A stretch of 60,475 bases of DNA from a virus, in the IMG/VR virus record IMGVR_UViG_3300028034_000003, positions 1 through 60,475 of that record. One strand, 5' to 3'. Positions 1 to 8,894 of the stretch are shown one piece after another. The position numbers and the translations under genes were made by a program. Position 1 is the first letter of the stretch, and each line of letters begins with the position of its first letter. The notes below the pieces were generated by a model that saw nothing but the letters and a program-made list of their open reading frames with translations, searched no databases and had not been told where the DNA came from.

Positions 1-160
1 TACGGGCAAGTGTAGTTTTACCTGTGCCTGCCGGGCCTTCAAAAATCATTGGTGTACGCATATCGTTATCGATGTACTTCTGGATAGTTTCTTTTATTTC
101 ATCATCCTGTACATATTCTTCCAAAGTTTTAGGCGCATATTCTTTTGTCCAATTTTCCAT
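1..160 (-). CDS. rfcS: Clamp loader (RFC small subunit), N-terminal fragment; duplicate of 58358-59254
   Basis: Same sequence as 59095-59254 apart from one SNP; encodes MENWTKEYAP...GPAGTGKT. Confidence 0.9.
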   Translation of the reverse strand, partial: MENWTKEYAPKTLEEYVQDDEIKETIQKYIDNDMRTPMIFEGPAGTGKTTLAR

Positions 161-162
161 AT

Positions 163-540
163 TCATTCCTCCTTTTTAGGTAATTTAAATTCAACTCTAT
201 CAAGTTTGACAGAACTTCTCATTATTTTAGACGCTTTAGATGCAGCCCTTAAAATTTCACAATCAAATTTATCTATTAGGGAATTTAAAATGACCATATT
301 ATCTAAAACAAAATCTAAATCACCTATGTTATATGAATAATCTATTATCCTTTCATTATAATTATAATAACCTTTTCCACCACATATGCATATAGACATA
401 TACATAGTAATTGTGTTTGTAGGTAAATCTTTTCTGATTATAATATCGGCAAATCCTCCAAATATAGATTGTTCATATATATAATCTATAATTTTTTTAA
501 CATCTGGTTGTTTAGAATCCATTTTCATTTCCATATTCAT
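163..540 (-). CDS. Hypothetical protein (125 aa), present only in allele A
   Basis: AGGAGG RBS, absent from the right-end copy, flanked by 21-bp direct repeats at 154-174 and 528-548. Confidence 0.75.
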   Translation of the reverse strand: MNMEMKMDSKQPDVKKIIDYIYEQSIFGGFADIIIRKDLPTNTITMYMSICICGGKGYYNYNERIIDYSYNIGDLDFVLDNMVILNSLIDKFDCEILRAASKASKIMRSSVKLDRVEFKLPKKEE

Positions 541-620
541 TCCTCCTTATTTCCGATAACCTTACTATTACTCTATTCTATTTAAAGGTTGTTATTTTGA
601 ATGGGTAGATAAAAAATGGG

Positions 621-1388
621 TCAATTTTGACCCTTAACATAATCATATATAGCCCTGAGGAAGCCCAGAGATTGATGTAGTAACGATTTATCCTCTTCCC
701 TAGACCAATATATCCCCCCAACATTTACAGCGCTGTCTTGGTCATTCTCATAGATGTGTGCGCTAGTTGATGTAAGAATTATTTCAGTTATCTTACATTC
801 ATTTGGCTTCATAACAAAATAATTCATCATGTAAAGTATGAATGACATATTTGCCCATACAGCCATACCATAGTCATGCGATCTAAAGAGCAATCGCAAC
901 GAATACTCATTATTTCCCAAATATCTCAACTGTAGCCAATTCCAGCATGGTTTATTTTCCCATTTCCACATGTTGGGATGATACAATACACCTACAATAC
1001 CGTTATCTGTCATACCTGTAGATTGTCTATCCTTAACTATAAGCCCCATCTGATTCAACTGATTAATATTTGTTGGGAATTTTCTCACCAATTCTTGGTA
1101 TGTATAATCATTCCCATATGGGTTAACATCATCTGCAATTGCCAACTTTCTAAATTCTTTAAGTTTATCTCCTTGGAATGGGAATTTTCTAGGCACTCCT
1201 CCATATAATAGACGTTTTATACCTATACCATAAATTTGTACTGTAGCATGTATTTCCCGGGCTTTCTTCTTTTCATGTCCAAAAACAATATCTTTCCCAT
1301 CTCTTACTATCGTTCTTGTTATATCTCTATAGAGTTGATCTATATCATCACCCTCAAAAAAGAAGGTGGGTGTTGGCGCATGCTCCAT
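621..1388 (-). CDS. thyA: Thymidylate synthase, archaeal ThyA type
   Basis: PC...Q, RSHD...N and SAHIY motifs. Asn at the dUMP-specificity position. Confidence 0.88.
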   Translation of the reverse strand: MEHAPTPTFFFEGDDIDQLYRDITRTIVRDGKDIVFGHEKKKAREIHATVQIYGIGIKRLLYGGVPRKFPFQGDKLKEFRKLAIADDVNPYGNDYTYQELVRKFPTNINQLNQMGLIVKDRQSTGMTDNGIVGVLYHPNMWKWENKPCWNWLQLRYLGNNEYSLRLLFRSHDYGMAVWANMSFILYMMNYFVMKPNECKITEIILTSTSAHIYENDQDSAVNVGGIYWSREEDKSLLHQSLGFLRAIYDYVKGQN

Positions 1389-1389
1389 A

Positions 1390-1998
1390 TTAATTCCTCC
1401 TCATTTCATCACAGCATTTGACTACTCTATCTATTTCTATTCTGTATTTATCCCATTTATATATTGTGTTTTGAGATATACTGGCATGTGACATATGTTG
1501 TAACCTCTCTGAAGGTACCAGCCATGCATGTAACGGATTCAAATCTTCCCTGTTATCAAACGCTAGACAAAGGAAATAGTCGGCAGCAGAGTTGTATTTT
1601 ATAAAATATCTCCATCTCTTCTCCCTAACATTCAAGCAGCTCGCCTTGACATCAATCTTCTTACCTTTATTACAAATGAAATCATACCCCGGATGTCCAT
1701 GTGGCATTCTTTCAACATTTTTGAATGTTTCAGACAATACTCTTTCTGCCACATGAACACCTAAGAATTGGGAACATGTTTTATTTTCAGCCATAGATTC
1801 ACCACCATTTCTATAATAAGATGCTCTGCTATATTTTCGACTGCGTTCTGGATTTGCGCGCTGGTTTGCACCAGTTTTAATTATGGTGCATTCATTACAT
1901 ATATAATTATAGCACTTACTTTGACACTCGTACCAGTTTTCGCCTACGATTAATTCTACTCCACACTTTCTACATTTCTTCAATTTATCACATACCAT
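1390..1998 (-). CDS. Zn-ribbon + PD-(D/E)XK endonuclease, putative free-standing homing endonuclease (allele A only)
   Basis: Two CxxC pairs, YDFICNKGKKIDVKAS core, paralog of 2737-3351, absent from the right-end copy. Confidence 0.75.
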   Translation of the reverse strand: MVCDKLKKCRKCGVELIVGENWYECQSKCYNYICNECTIIKTGANQRANPERSRKYSRASYYRNGGESMAENKTCSQFLGVHVAERVLSETFKNVERMPHGHPGYDFICNKGKKIDVKASCLNVREKRWRYFIKYNSAADYFLCLAFDNREDLNPLHAWLVPSERLQHMSHASISQNTIYKWDKYRIEIDRVVKCCDEMRRN

Positions 1999-2740
1999 AA
2001 ATTTCTCTATACATCTGACGAACTTCTAATACATCATCCAATACATCCGGTTGAAGTCTCAATTCTGGCTTATTATTCTCATTTACTCTTAGAATCCAGA
2101 GTTCCTCGGCTTCCCATCCAAATCTTTCTTTGTAGCACTGTTTGTATGTGCTTAATTGTAGTGCAAATTTACTGAAAAACCCGGGTGGCGCTTTACCATC
2201 ATTATCCTGCATATAATCTAGACGATTTAAATATTCTGTCTTAGTTTCATCGTGAAACGCCTTTGCAGTTTTCAAATCTAAGATTACTTTCTTACCATTT
2301 AACATGCCTCGATAATCAACACGCCCTGCCACTTTTAGAACATCTGACCACACTGTATCCTCAAGAGAAATAGGTTCAAAATCATGTTGTTTCATGATAC
2401 TTTTTATTTTCCTATTAATATTTCCTATAGAATCCAGTGATTCTTCATCTAAATGCTCTGCAAATGCTACTTCTTCCATTTCGGGCGTATGATCAGGCAA
2501 ATGATATGCGCACTGACATTCAAAAAAATAATGACAAGTAGTGCCAATCATTGCCCTACGAGCCGTATATTTTTCTGCGTCAGGATAATTATTTTTAAAC
2601 CATTTGAGGCCATCTGGTTCTGGGAGTACCTTCAGCATAGTTGTTACTGATGGATAACTTACATTATTATCATTATACATAAAGTCATAGAATCTATGAC
2701 CGCCAACTATCCTAGCACCCAGAAATTCCATATATTTCAT
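1988..2740 (-). CDS. Cas4-like / RecB-family PD-(D/E)XK exonuclease
   Basis: YPSVTT, GT.CH, GRVD, LDLKT and QLSTY motifs. Confidence 0.8.
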   Translation of the reverse strand: MKYMEFLGARIVGGHRFYDFMYNDNNVSYPSVTTMLKVLPEPDGLKWFKNNYPDAEKYTARRAMIGTTCHYFFECQCAYHLPDHTPEMEEVAFAEHLDEESLDSIGNINRKIKSIMKQHDFEPISLEDTVWSDVLKVAGRVDYRGMLNGKKVILDLKTAKAFHDETKTEYLNRLDYMQDNDGKAPPGFFSKFALQLSTYKQCYKERFGWEAEELWILRVNENNKPELRLQPDVLDDVLEVRQMYREIYGM

Positions 2741-3351
2741 TTGTTTTCCTCCTTTAATTTATTACAACATTCAGTTACTTTATCAATATTTATTCTATAT
2801 TTATCCCATTTATGTGTAGTAGATGGTGATATAGAAGCAGTTTGTTTTCTATTTACTTCATTTCCGGGAATGAGCCATACATGTAGAGGATTCAAATCTT
2901 CTCTATTATCAAATGCTATACATAAGAAATAATCTGCAACTGTATTTTTTCTTATTTTAAAATTCCATTTAAAATATTTTACATTATTTATATTATCTAT
3001 TCTAATACAACTAGATTTTACATCAATTTTCTTACCCTTATTACATATAAAATCATAACTAGGATTAGTGGGAGGCATTACTTCTACATTATTAAATACT
3101 TTTGATAACACCTGTTCAGATATATAAATGCCAAGATATGAAGAACATTTTTTATTTTCATACATTGGTTTATTTCTACCTGTAATATAATTTCTATTTT
3201 TTACTCTAATATTTTCACATCCTTTACATGTATAATTGTAAAATTTTTTATGACTTTTACACCAATTATCACCCACAATCAATAATATACCACAACGGTT
3301 ACAAAATTTTGAGTCTGAATATTCATTCAGACTCATTATAAACACCATCAT
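2737..3351 (-). CDS. Zn-ribbon + PD-(D/E)XK endonuclease, putative homing endonuclease (paralog 2)
   Basis: Shares YDFICNKGKKIDVK, ADYFLC.AFDNREDLNPLH.W and KWDKYRI with 1390-1998. Confidence 0.72.
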   Translation of the reverse strand: MMVFIMSLNEYSDSKFCNRCGILLIVGDNWCKSHKKFYNYTCKGCENIRVKNRNYITGRNKPMYENKKCSSYLGIYISEQVLSKVFNNVEVMPPTNPSYDFICNKGKKIDVKSSCIRIDNINNVKYFKWNFKIRKNTVADYFLCIAFDNREDLNPLHVWLIPGNEVNRKQTASISPSTTHKWDKYRINIDKVTECCNKLKEENK

Positions 3352-3820
3352 ATCCTTTTTCTACACACCCTCCATCCATTTTCTCCATAACCATTTGACC
3401 AATTCTAGCATTTTTATACAATTTAATCCCATAAAAATTATGTACTACTAAAAGTACCTGAGATGTTCCTACATAGCCTGCATCCCATACACCACTTACT
3501 ATATTACATCCCATACGTATAATACTTGATCTTGGGCGAAGCCTTCCTATACAGTCCATTGGAACTTTCATTTTTGGATTTATATCCAATAAATAACATC
3601 CCCTTCTAAGTATAACAAATTCCCTATAGTTAAAAGGAACTATTTTAACATCTGGTTTTTCTCTTTTACTATTATCAAAATCAATACAACCTCTTGAATC
3701 CATAACAAATGCATTAACTTGTTTTACCGTCATATCATATCCATTGGCTTGTATCTGTGTGTCATTATCAACAACACCTTCTATCATAGCCTCGGCTACT
3801 TCCTTTCCTGATATTATCAT
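3323..3820 (-). CDS. dut: dUTPase (dCTP deaminase/dUTPase family)
   Basis: NGYDM, RPRSS..R.G, WDAGY.G and RIGQ motifs. Confidence 0.85.
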   Translation of the reverse strand: MIISGKEVAEAMIEGVVDNDTQIQANGYDMTVKQVNAFVMDSRGCIDFDNSKREKPDVKIVPFNYREFVILRRGCYLLDINPKMKVPMDCIGRLRPRSSIIRMGCNIVSGVWDAGYVGTSQVLLVVHNFYGIKLYKNARIGQMVMEKMDGGCVEKGYDGVYNESE

Positions 3821-3840
3821 ATTGTACCTCCAAAAATTAT

Positions 3841-4749
3841 TTAGAAGAGGTCTTGGTCATAATCGACCTCTTCTACATTTTCTTTATCTCTTAATTGGGG
3901 AAGACCATAATATGTATGGGTATTATCATTAGAATCTATTACCATTGTTTTAAATTCTTTACCCACTATTTCTGGTCGGCCTTTAAATTCTCTCACCTTG
4001 GCATAGTATGTTGTAACACCATCTATACCCATTTCTTTACGGGTATCTATAACTTGGTGCATCTCATTTAAAGTGCTTTTTTCCCATATACCATCTTCCC
4101 ATTCTTTCACAACCTTTTCTTTACCATTTTTATCAGTTTTCTTTTTCTGATAAGTTTTGGTATGTGTTATGAAATATTTTGGACATTTGAGAGATTTTAC
4201 AGAAAATATCACGTCACTGAACAATTTATTTCTAATGTTCCAGTATTGATATGAAACGCCATCATCAATATCCAATTCCTTCTGAGTACGCATTGTGTAT
4301 TCAGATGATTTAAGTAATTTATCTACACCATCGAATACAAATCCTGCAAGTTTAATACTTCCAGTTTTTTCTGCTTCAGATACCTTGAAAATAAATTGAT
4401 TTATTCTTTGGATAGTTCTATCATAATCTATTTCAAGTTTCTCTGAACCATCATCCTGAGTCACAGATTTCATTACAGCAGGATTGACTAAACGTATATT
4501 CTCTGAAGCATCCCAATGGTCTTTCCATATAGGTGTATTTGCATTATCAAGATCAACTACAAATACTACTTCCCCATTCTCAATCTGCTGCTTACTACGG
4601 CAATCAATGGCAATCCCCGACTTTAGAGAATCTTCTTGCCCTACTAACATAGCACAAATCGATGAATTTAAATCTTCAGATTTTTTAGGTTTCAGCATTT
4701 CATCAATGTCAATTATATCTTGTTCATCGTCAAATAGATCATCAGACAT
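3841..4749 (-). CDS. Sak4-like / AAA_24 ATPase, putative single-strand annealing recombinase
   Basis: Degenerate Walker A (GQEDSLKS), VVDLD, Walker B-like FVFDG, FITH. Lies between the Cas4-like nuclease and the SSB candidate. Confidence 0.6.
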   Translation of the reverse strand: MSDDLFDDEQDIIDIDEMLKPKKSEDLNSSICAMLVGQEDSLKSGIAIDCRSKQQIENGEVVFVVDLDNANTPIWKDHWDASENIRLVNPAVMKSVTQDDGSEKLEIDYDRTIQRINQFIFKVSEAEKTGSIKLAGFVFDGVDKLLKSSEYTMRTQKELDIDDGVSYQYWNIRNKLFSDVIFSVKSLKCPKYFITHTKTYQKKKTDKNGKEKVVKEWEDGIWEKSTLNEMHQVIDTRKEMGIDGVTTYYAKVREFKGRPEIVGKEFKTMVIDSNDNTHTYYGLPQLRDKENVEEVDYDQDLF

Positions 4750-4779
4750 CTATATCACCTCGGAAATATAAATGTGGGA

Positions 4780-6066
4780 TTAATCCCACACATCGTCATC
4801 TTCTGCACTATCATCAGTAGCCTCAGTTTCAGTTTCCTCGGATACTTCAATGCCCTGTGTCTCAAATTCTTTGTCAATAAGTTCCTGAATCTTCTCATCG
4901 GGCACGCCTTTGAAATACTTGGCATCAACCATGTCACGTACCATCTGGACAGTAGTAGTGTCACGCATTGCAGTTACAGTCTCAGCGACTTTTTTCTGCC
5001 TCGCATTCCACTTCTTCTTTTCCTTGTCGGCATCTTCCTTCTTTTCAGCCTCTTTCTTGGCTTTGGCTGCTTTGGCACGTTCTGCACCAGAAGCAACTTC
5101 AATGATAGAAGGAGCATTGCCTACTGGAATAATGGCTGTCACATCGAAATCCACGAATGTGTTATCATCGTATTCAGTAGCCCTCTTTTTCTGTCCAATA
5201 AGAATTACTTCCATACCATTATACATTGCTGTGATTTCATCCTGAAGGAAGTCATCAGCATCAATGTCTTTCAGGTCTTCAGGAAGTGGCCAGATTGCAT
5301 CAAAATCATCTAGAGTAATGTATGGCTTGGACAAATGTGTCGGATTAACTGAACCCTTTACAATTGGCTCGCCTTCCTCAGCATCAGCCTGAAGGAATAC
5401 TGTAAATACTGGATTCTTATTGATTACAAGCGGGTAATCTTCATCCTCATATTTGTCCTGTTCCCATGGTGGTACTCTAAGTGGCTTAATGGATGAAAGT
5501 GTCCCATATACAGCACATGGAGTGAAATTTTCAAGTTCGGGTAGCGCACTGATCTCATATGCTTTGATATTACCTGTATCCAATTCAAAGCCTTTATCCA
5601 GAACATTAACCTTTTCAGGTGTCACAAAAGTGCCCTTGGAGTTCTTTGCAAAATTGAACTCAGATTCAACAAGTGCCCCGAAATTCTTTTTCTTGAAGCC
5701 TTTGAAATGGCTTGGAGTATTGGGCTCACCGAAAATTCTGAAATATCCATCATCACACTGCTGCAAGAATGAGATTGTCTGTGCCTTATTCTTTCCGAGA
5801 GGTTTATTTTCTGTAGCAATATCCTTACTACCTACGAACACACCAGTCACATCGACTGTCTCTTTTTCTACATCTTCTTTATTCGAGCCTGCAAGATAGA
5901 ATCTTACACGATTTGCCATGGACTTCAGACTTACGCCCCTTTCATATCCTTTTGTGGCGCTCTCATAAATTTCCTCGGTAATCTCATCAGGAGTTACTTC
6001 AAGGTCATTGTGTTCTTTAATCGCTGCAATAAGTTCTGCTATTGTTGGTTTTGTATTTTCTGTCAT
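4780..6066 (-). CDS. Putative ssDNA-binding (RPA/OB-fold-like) protein
   Basis: Beta-rich core, very acidic C-terminal tail (DDSAEDDDVWD), position in a recombination module. Confidence 0.5.
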   Translation of the reverse strand: MTENTKPTIAELIAAIKEHNDLEVTPDEITEEIYESATKGYERGVSLKSMANRVRFYLAGSNKEDVEKETVDVTGVFVGSKDIATENKPLGKNKAQTISFLQQCDDGYFRIFGEPNTPSHFKGFKKKNFGALVESEFNFAKNSKGTFVTPEKVNVLDKGFELDTGNIKAYEISALPELENFTPCAVYGTLSSIKPLRVPPWEQDKYEDEDYPLVINKNPVFTVFLQADAEEGEPIVKGSVNPTHLSKPYITLDDFDAIWPLPEDLKDIDADDFLQDEITAMYNGMEVILIGQKKRATEYDDNTFVDFDVTAIIPVGNAPSIIEVASGAERAKAAKAKKEAEKKEDADKEKKKWNARQKKVAETVTAMRDTTTVQMVRDMVDAKYFKGVPDEKIQELIDKEFETQGIEVSEETETEATDDSAEDDDVWD

Positions 6067-6161
6067 AAATTTTCCTCCGTATTTAGTTGTTGTTTACTGT
6101 TCTTTACATGTCGCCTTGACGACAACTCTACTATGTGGTTATTGTATATAAAGGTTTGTGT

Positions 6162-6362
6162 TTAAAGTAACAATATAAGGAAAAACAACAAACCTATTAA
6201 TATGATCACTGCCCAAAACACCATCACTATCAATGATGGAATCGCTGCTATAAAATAAAACATGCCTGCGACCATCAAATATGCTAGTAATGCGATTGCA
6301 TTAACCGTATATTTCATTATCTCTCCCATTCTTTCGATGCTTCTTGATTCCATTTCAATCAC
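6162..6362 (-). CDS. Small membrane protein
   Basis: Two hydrophobic segments. Confidence 0.6.
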   Translation of the reverse strand: MIEMESRSIERMGEIMKYTVNAIALLAYLMVAGMFYFIAAIPSLIVMVFWAVIILIGLLFFLILLL

Positions 6363-6477
6363 TGCCTTCTTTATTTTTAATAATTATTTCATAAAACGAG
6401 ATTAACCATTTAATCTCATCCTCATGATCTTTAATAGTCTTTCTCTGTGTCCATTCTAACGCTGTACTTTTGCTCAT
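6355..6477 (-). CDS. Hypothetical protein (40 aa, not in ORF track)
   Basis: GGTGA RBS; MSKSTALEW...EGSD; its stop overlaps the next gene. Confidence 0.5.
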   Translation of the reverse strand: MSKSTALEWTQRKTIKDHEDEIKWLISFYEIIIKNKEGSD

Positions 6478-6499
6478 TTTATCACCTTAAAAAGGTGGA

Positions 6500-7939
6500 T
6501 TATTCCACCATATACAAGCATTTCTTTGCTCTTGTAAATGCTACATACTGTATATTCTTTTCCTGCATCATTTCCCACTCCTGTTTGGCATGTCTTGATG
6601 GCATTGCACTAGGTTTGATTACAAACACATTGTCAGCCTCAAGACCTTTTGCCCTATGCACAGAAGAAAAGGTTACTTGTGCCCTACTATCATCAAATAT
6701 TTCTTCAATGTGGATGATAAGTTCTGCTACATTGCGAGCACCAGACATGTCTATAAATGCATAAATAGTGTTCACCTTATCATCAATAGGGTCAGTGTTC
6801 AGACCTTTCTTCTCGGCCTTAATGTACTCCTTCTCTGCCCATATGTCGAGTTTGGATGACATTACATCCAAATCATTTGTACCAAATCCTTTAATAAGTT
6901 TGGTAAGTCCTGTACCAATATCTCTGCCTCTAATGCAGACTTTGATACCTTGTGCTAGCAAATCGAAGGCTGGCCTGACAAGTGGAGCATTATATCTGCA
7001 CACACAAAGGTCATCAGGACTAACATATCCCATAAGGTCATCTTCCTTAATATCATGTATTGCACCTTCGATAGCGTTGTCAGCAGCCTCTATTTCAGGT
7101 ACAATAGTCTGGGCAAGTTCCACATGACTTGTAGGACATCTATATGATATAGAAAGTGGCATCACTTTAGCATTTAGCCTATCAATAAGTTTAGGCATTG
7201 CCTCTGTATCTGCTCCCCTAAACCCATATAAACTTTGGCAAGGATCACCTACAGCAATAACCCTACCACCTTTTTTCAAAGAACTCATAAGAAGTTCCAC
7301 TTGTGCGGGATTCAAATCTTGGGTTTCATCTACCACAATAACATCATATTGTTTACCTACCATATTGAATTGGTAAGGCATCCATATCATATCATCAAAA
7401 TCAATACCCATAGTAGTTTCTTCGCTAAGTTCCATGGATTTGGCTATCATATCATATACTGGCAGAGTAGTATTGAATTGCATGCCATGTTTATTTGCTA
7501 TAGCATCAATGTTATCCTCTGTAGGTTCAAGAAGTGACCCTTTTAAGTGACTGACCATTTTCATAACAATTGGTGTAACCTTTTTTCTTTCTTCAAATGG
7601 GAAATTAGTGTACACTTCTTCATTGAGTTTTTTCACAATTTGGAACATCTTGCTAGTATTAACTTTCTTACGACCCATTACAGATTTTACTGCTTTCAAT
7701 CCCATTGAGTGAAGTGTCATAACATGCACATGCTTAGGCGCTTTAGATTCCAAAGTCTTAGCAATATGCTTATTAAAAGCAACAAATGCTACATCCTGAT
7801 CTTCAGGAATATAATTGAGACATTCAACAATTGTCGTAGTTTTACCACTACCTGCGGTTGCATTTACGACAATATTCTCATTTCCGTTCTGTACTTCTTC
7901 AAAGATTGCTTCTTGATATTTGCTTGGTGTGAATTTCAT
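6500..7939 (-). CDS. UvrD/REP superfamily 1 helicase
   Basis: ATAGSGKTT, VDETQD, GDPCQSLYGFRGA, SYRCP, HRAKGLE and YVAFTRAK motifs. Confidence 0.95.
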   Translation of the reverse strand: MKFTPSKYQEAIFEEVQNGNENIVVNATAGSGKTTTIVECLNYIPEDQDVAFVAFNKHIAKTLESKAPKHVHVMTLHSMGLKAVKSVMGRKKVNTSKMFQIVKKLNEEVYTNFPFEERKKVTPIVMKMVSHLKGSLLEPTEDNIDAIANKHGMQFNTTLPVYDMIAKSMELSEETTMGIDFDDMIWMPYQFNMVGKQYDVIVVDETQDLNPAQVELLMSSLKKGGRVIAVGDPCQSLYGFRGADTEAMPKLIDRLNAKVMPLSISYRCPTSHVELAQTIVPEIEAADNAIEGAIHDIKEDDLMGYVSPDDLCVCRYNAPLVRPAFDLLAQGIKVCIRGRDIGTGLTKLIKGFGTNDLDVMSSKLDIWAEKEYIKAEKKGLNTDPIDDKVNTIYAFIDMSGARNVAELIIHIEEIFDDSRAQVTFSSVHRAKGLEADNVFVIKPSAMPSRHAKQEWEMMQEKNIQYVAFTRAKKCLYMVE

Positions 7940-8014
7940 ATTTTTTCTTCCTCCATTTGTGTCCTACAAGGACAATTCATACAATGATGTTATGATATAA
8001 ATAGGTTTCTATTT

Positions 8015-8209
8015 TCACTCTTTCATTGTTTTATGTAGCCACTTTATATCATTCTTCATACGACTATGATTACTATAGGCCGTGGTCATCATCATTCTTA
8101 TAGATAATATAACTTCGCCTAACCCATGTTCTTTTACTTCTTTACGTAGCGCATTCCTTCTTGTTTGAGCACATTTACTTGGATTATATGTATTTAATTC
8201 TACTCTCAT
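8015..8209 (-). CDS. Hypothetical protein
   Basis: GGAG RBS, coupled to the neighbouring ORF. Confidence 0.55.
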   Translation of the reverse strand: MRVELNTYNPSKCAQTRRNALRKEVKEHGLGEVILSIRMMMTTAYSNHSRMKNDIKWLHKTMKE

Positions 8210-8391
8210 AAACCAATCTCCTTCATTATTATCTTTTTTGCCATATCTTTACAACGATTCTCCAACACTTCAATTTCATGTCTATGACGAATTTCTTGTT
8301 TTTCCATCATACGATATGTATATTCATCACGTCTTTTATTATTTTCCATCATTATTCTTTCATGTTCACTTTTTCTCATTAATCCAAACAT
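8206..8391 (-). CDS. Hypothetical coiled-coil protein
   Basis: GAGGTG RBS. Confidence 0.55.
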   Translation of the reverse strand: MFGLMRKSEHERIMMENNKRRDEYTYRMMEKQEIRHRHEIEVLENRCKDMAKKIIMKEIGL

Positions 8392-8502
8392 ATGTTCACC
8401 TCAATCAAAATAAATTCCTGATCTTATCTATTCCTTCAGAACTACTCATAGACAATTGATGTCTTAATTCACTAATATCATCAAAAGGCGCATTTACTTG
8501 GA

Positions 8503-8691
8503 TTATATGTATCCAGACTTTTCTGCATATTTGATTACCTCCATTATTTTCTTTCCTATTTCGCTGTCTGACCCTTCACATTCACCCATTGATAATTGAT
8601 CTACTAAATCAAAGAAATCAACATCAAATTTTGATTCAACTATCATAACTATTGTATCATCTATCGAAGCCAAATCTACTTTTACTACCAT
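8503..8691 (-). CDS. Hypothetical protein
   Basis: GGAGG RBS downstream of a TATA-like promoter. Confidence 0.6.
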   Translation of the reverse strand: MVVKVDLASIDDTIVMIVESKFDVDFFDLVDQLSMGECEGSDSEIGKKIMEVIKYAEKSGYI

Positions 8692-8761
8692 ATTATTCCT
8701 CCTATTTTGTAAGTAAATAACAAAACGCTATCCTTATACATATAGGTTTGGGTTGATATAA

Positions 8762-8859
8762 CTGAGAGTAATAATTTGGCTGGAAATTATTATACCCTAT
8801 GCTTAAAGTACACAGAAATAAAATAATTCTGTGTACTTTAATATATAGAGAATAAGGCC
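8762..8859 (+). promoter_or_regulatory. ~98-bp promoter/operator module, copy 1, upstream of the helicase-primase operon
   Basis: Inverted repeat TTAAAGTACACAGAA (8803-8817) / TTCTGTGTACTTTAA (8827-8841) overlapping a TATA-like TTTAATATATAG. Near-identical reverse-complement copy at 28229-28326. Confidence 0.75.
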
Positions 8860-8894
8860 TCCTATTCGATAATTATATATACGATAGTGGTGTT

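Larger units (their letters stand above)
1..2365. repeat. Left copy of terminal overlap (allele A, with two extra genes)
   Basis: 1-160 matches 59095-59254, ~551-1350 matches ~59271-60070, and ~2035-2365 matches ~60145-60475, with SNPs. Net 374 bp and 610 bp of extra sequence here. Confidence 0.95.

Noticed and set aside
621-1388. dCMP hydroxymethylase (modified cytosine)
   Set aside because: Has Asn rather than Asp at the specificity position and the archaeal ThyA-type RSHD motif.
1988-2740. Cas4 as part of a CRISPR-Cas locus
   Set aside because: No cas1, cas2 or array. The context (Sak4-like, SSB) indicates recombination.
8168-8512. 22-bp repeat CATTTACTTGGATTATATGTAT (~8172 and ~8491)
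   Set aside because: A real short duplication, but only two copies and no function supportable; probably a recombination scar.
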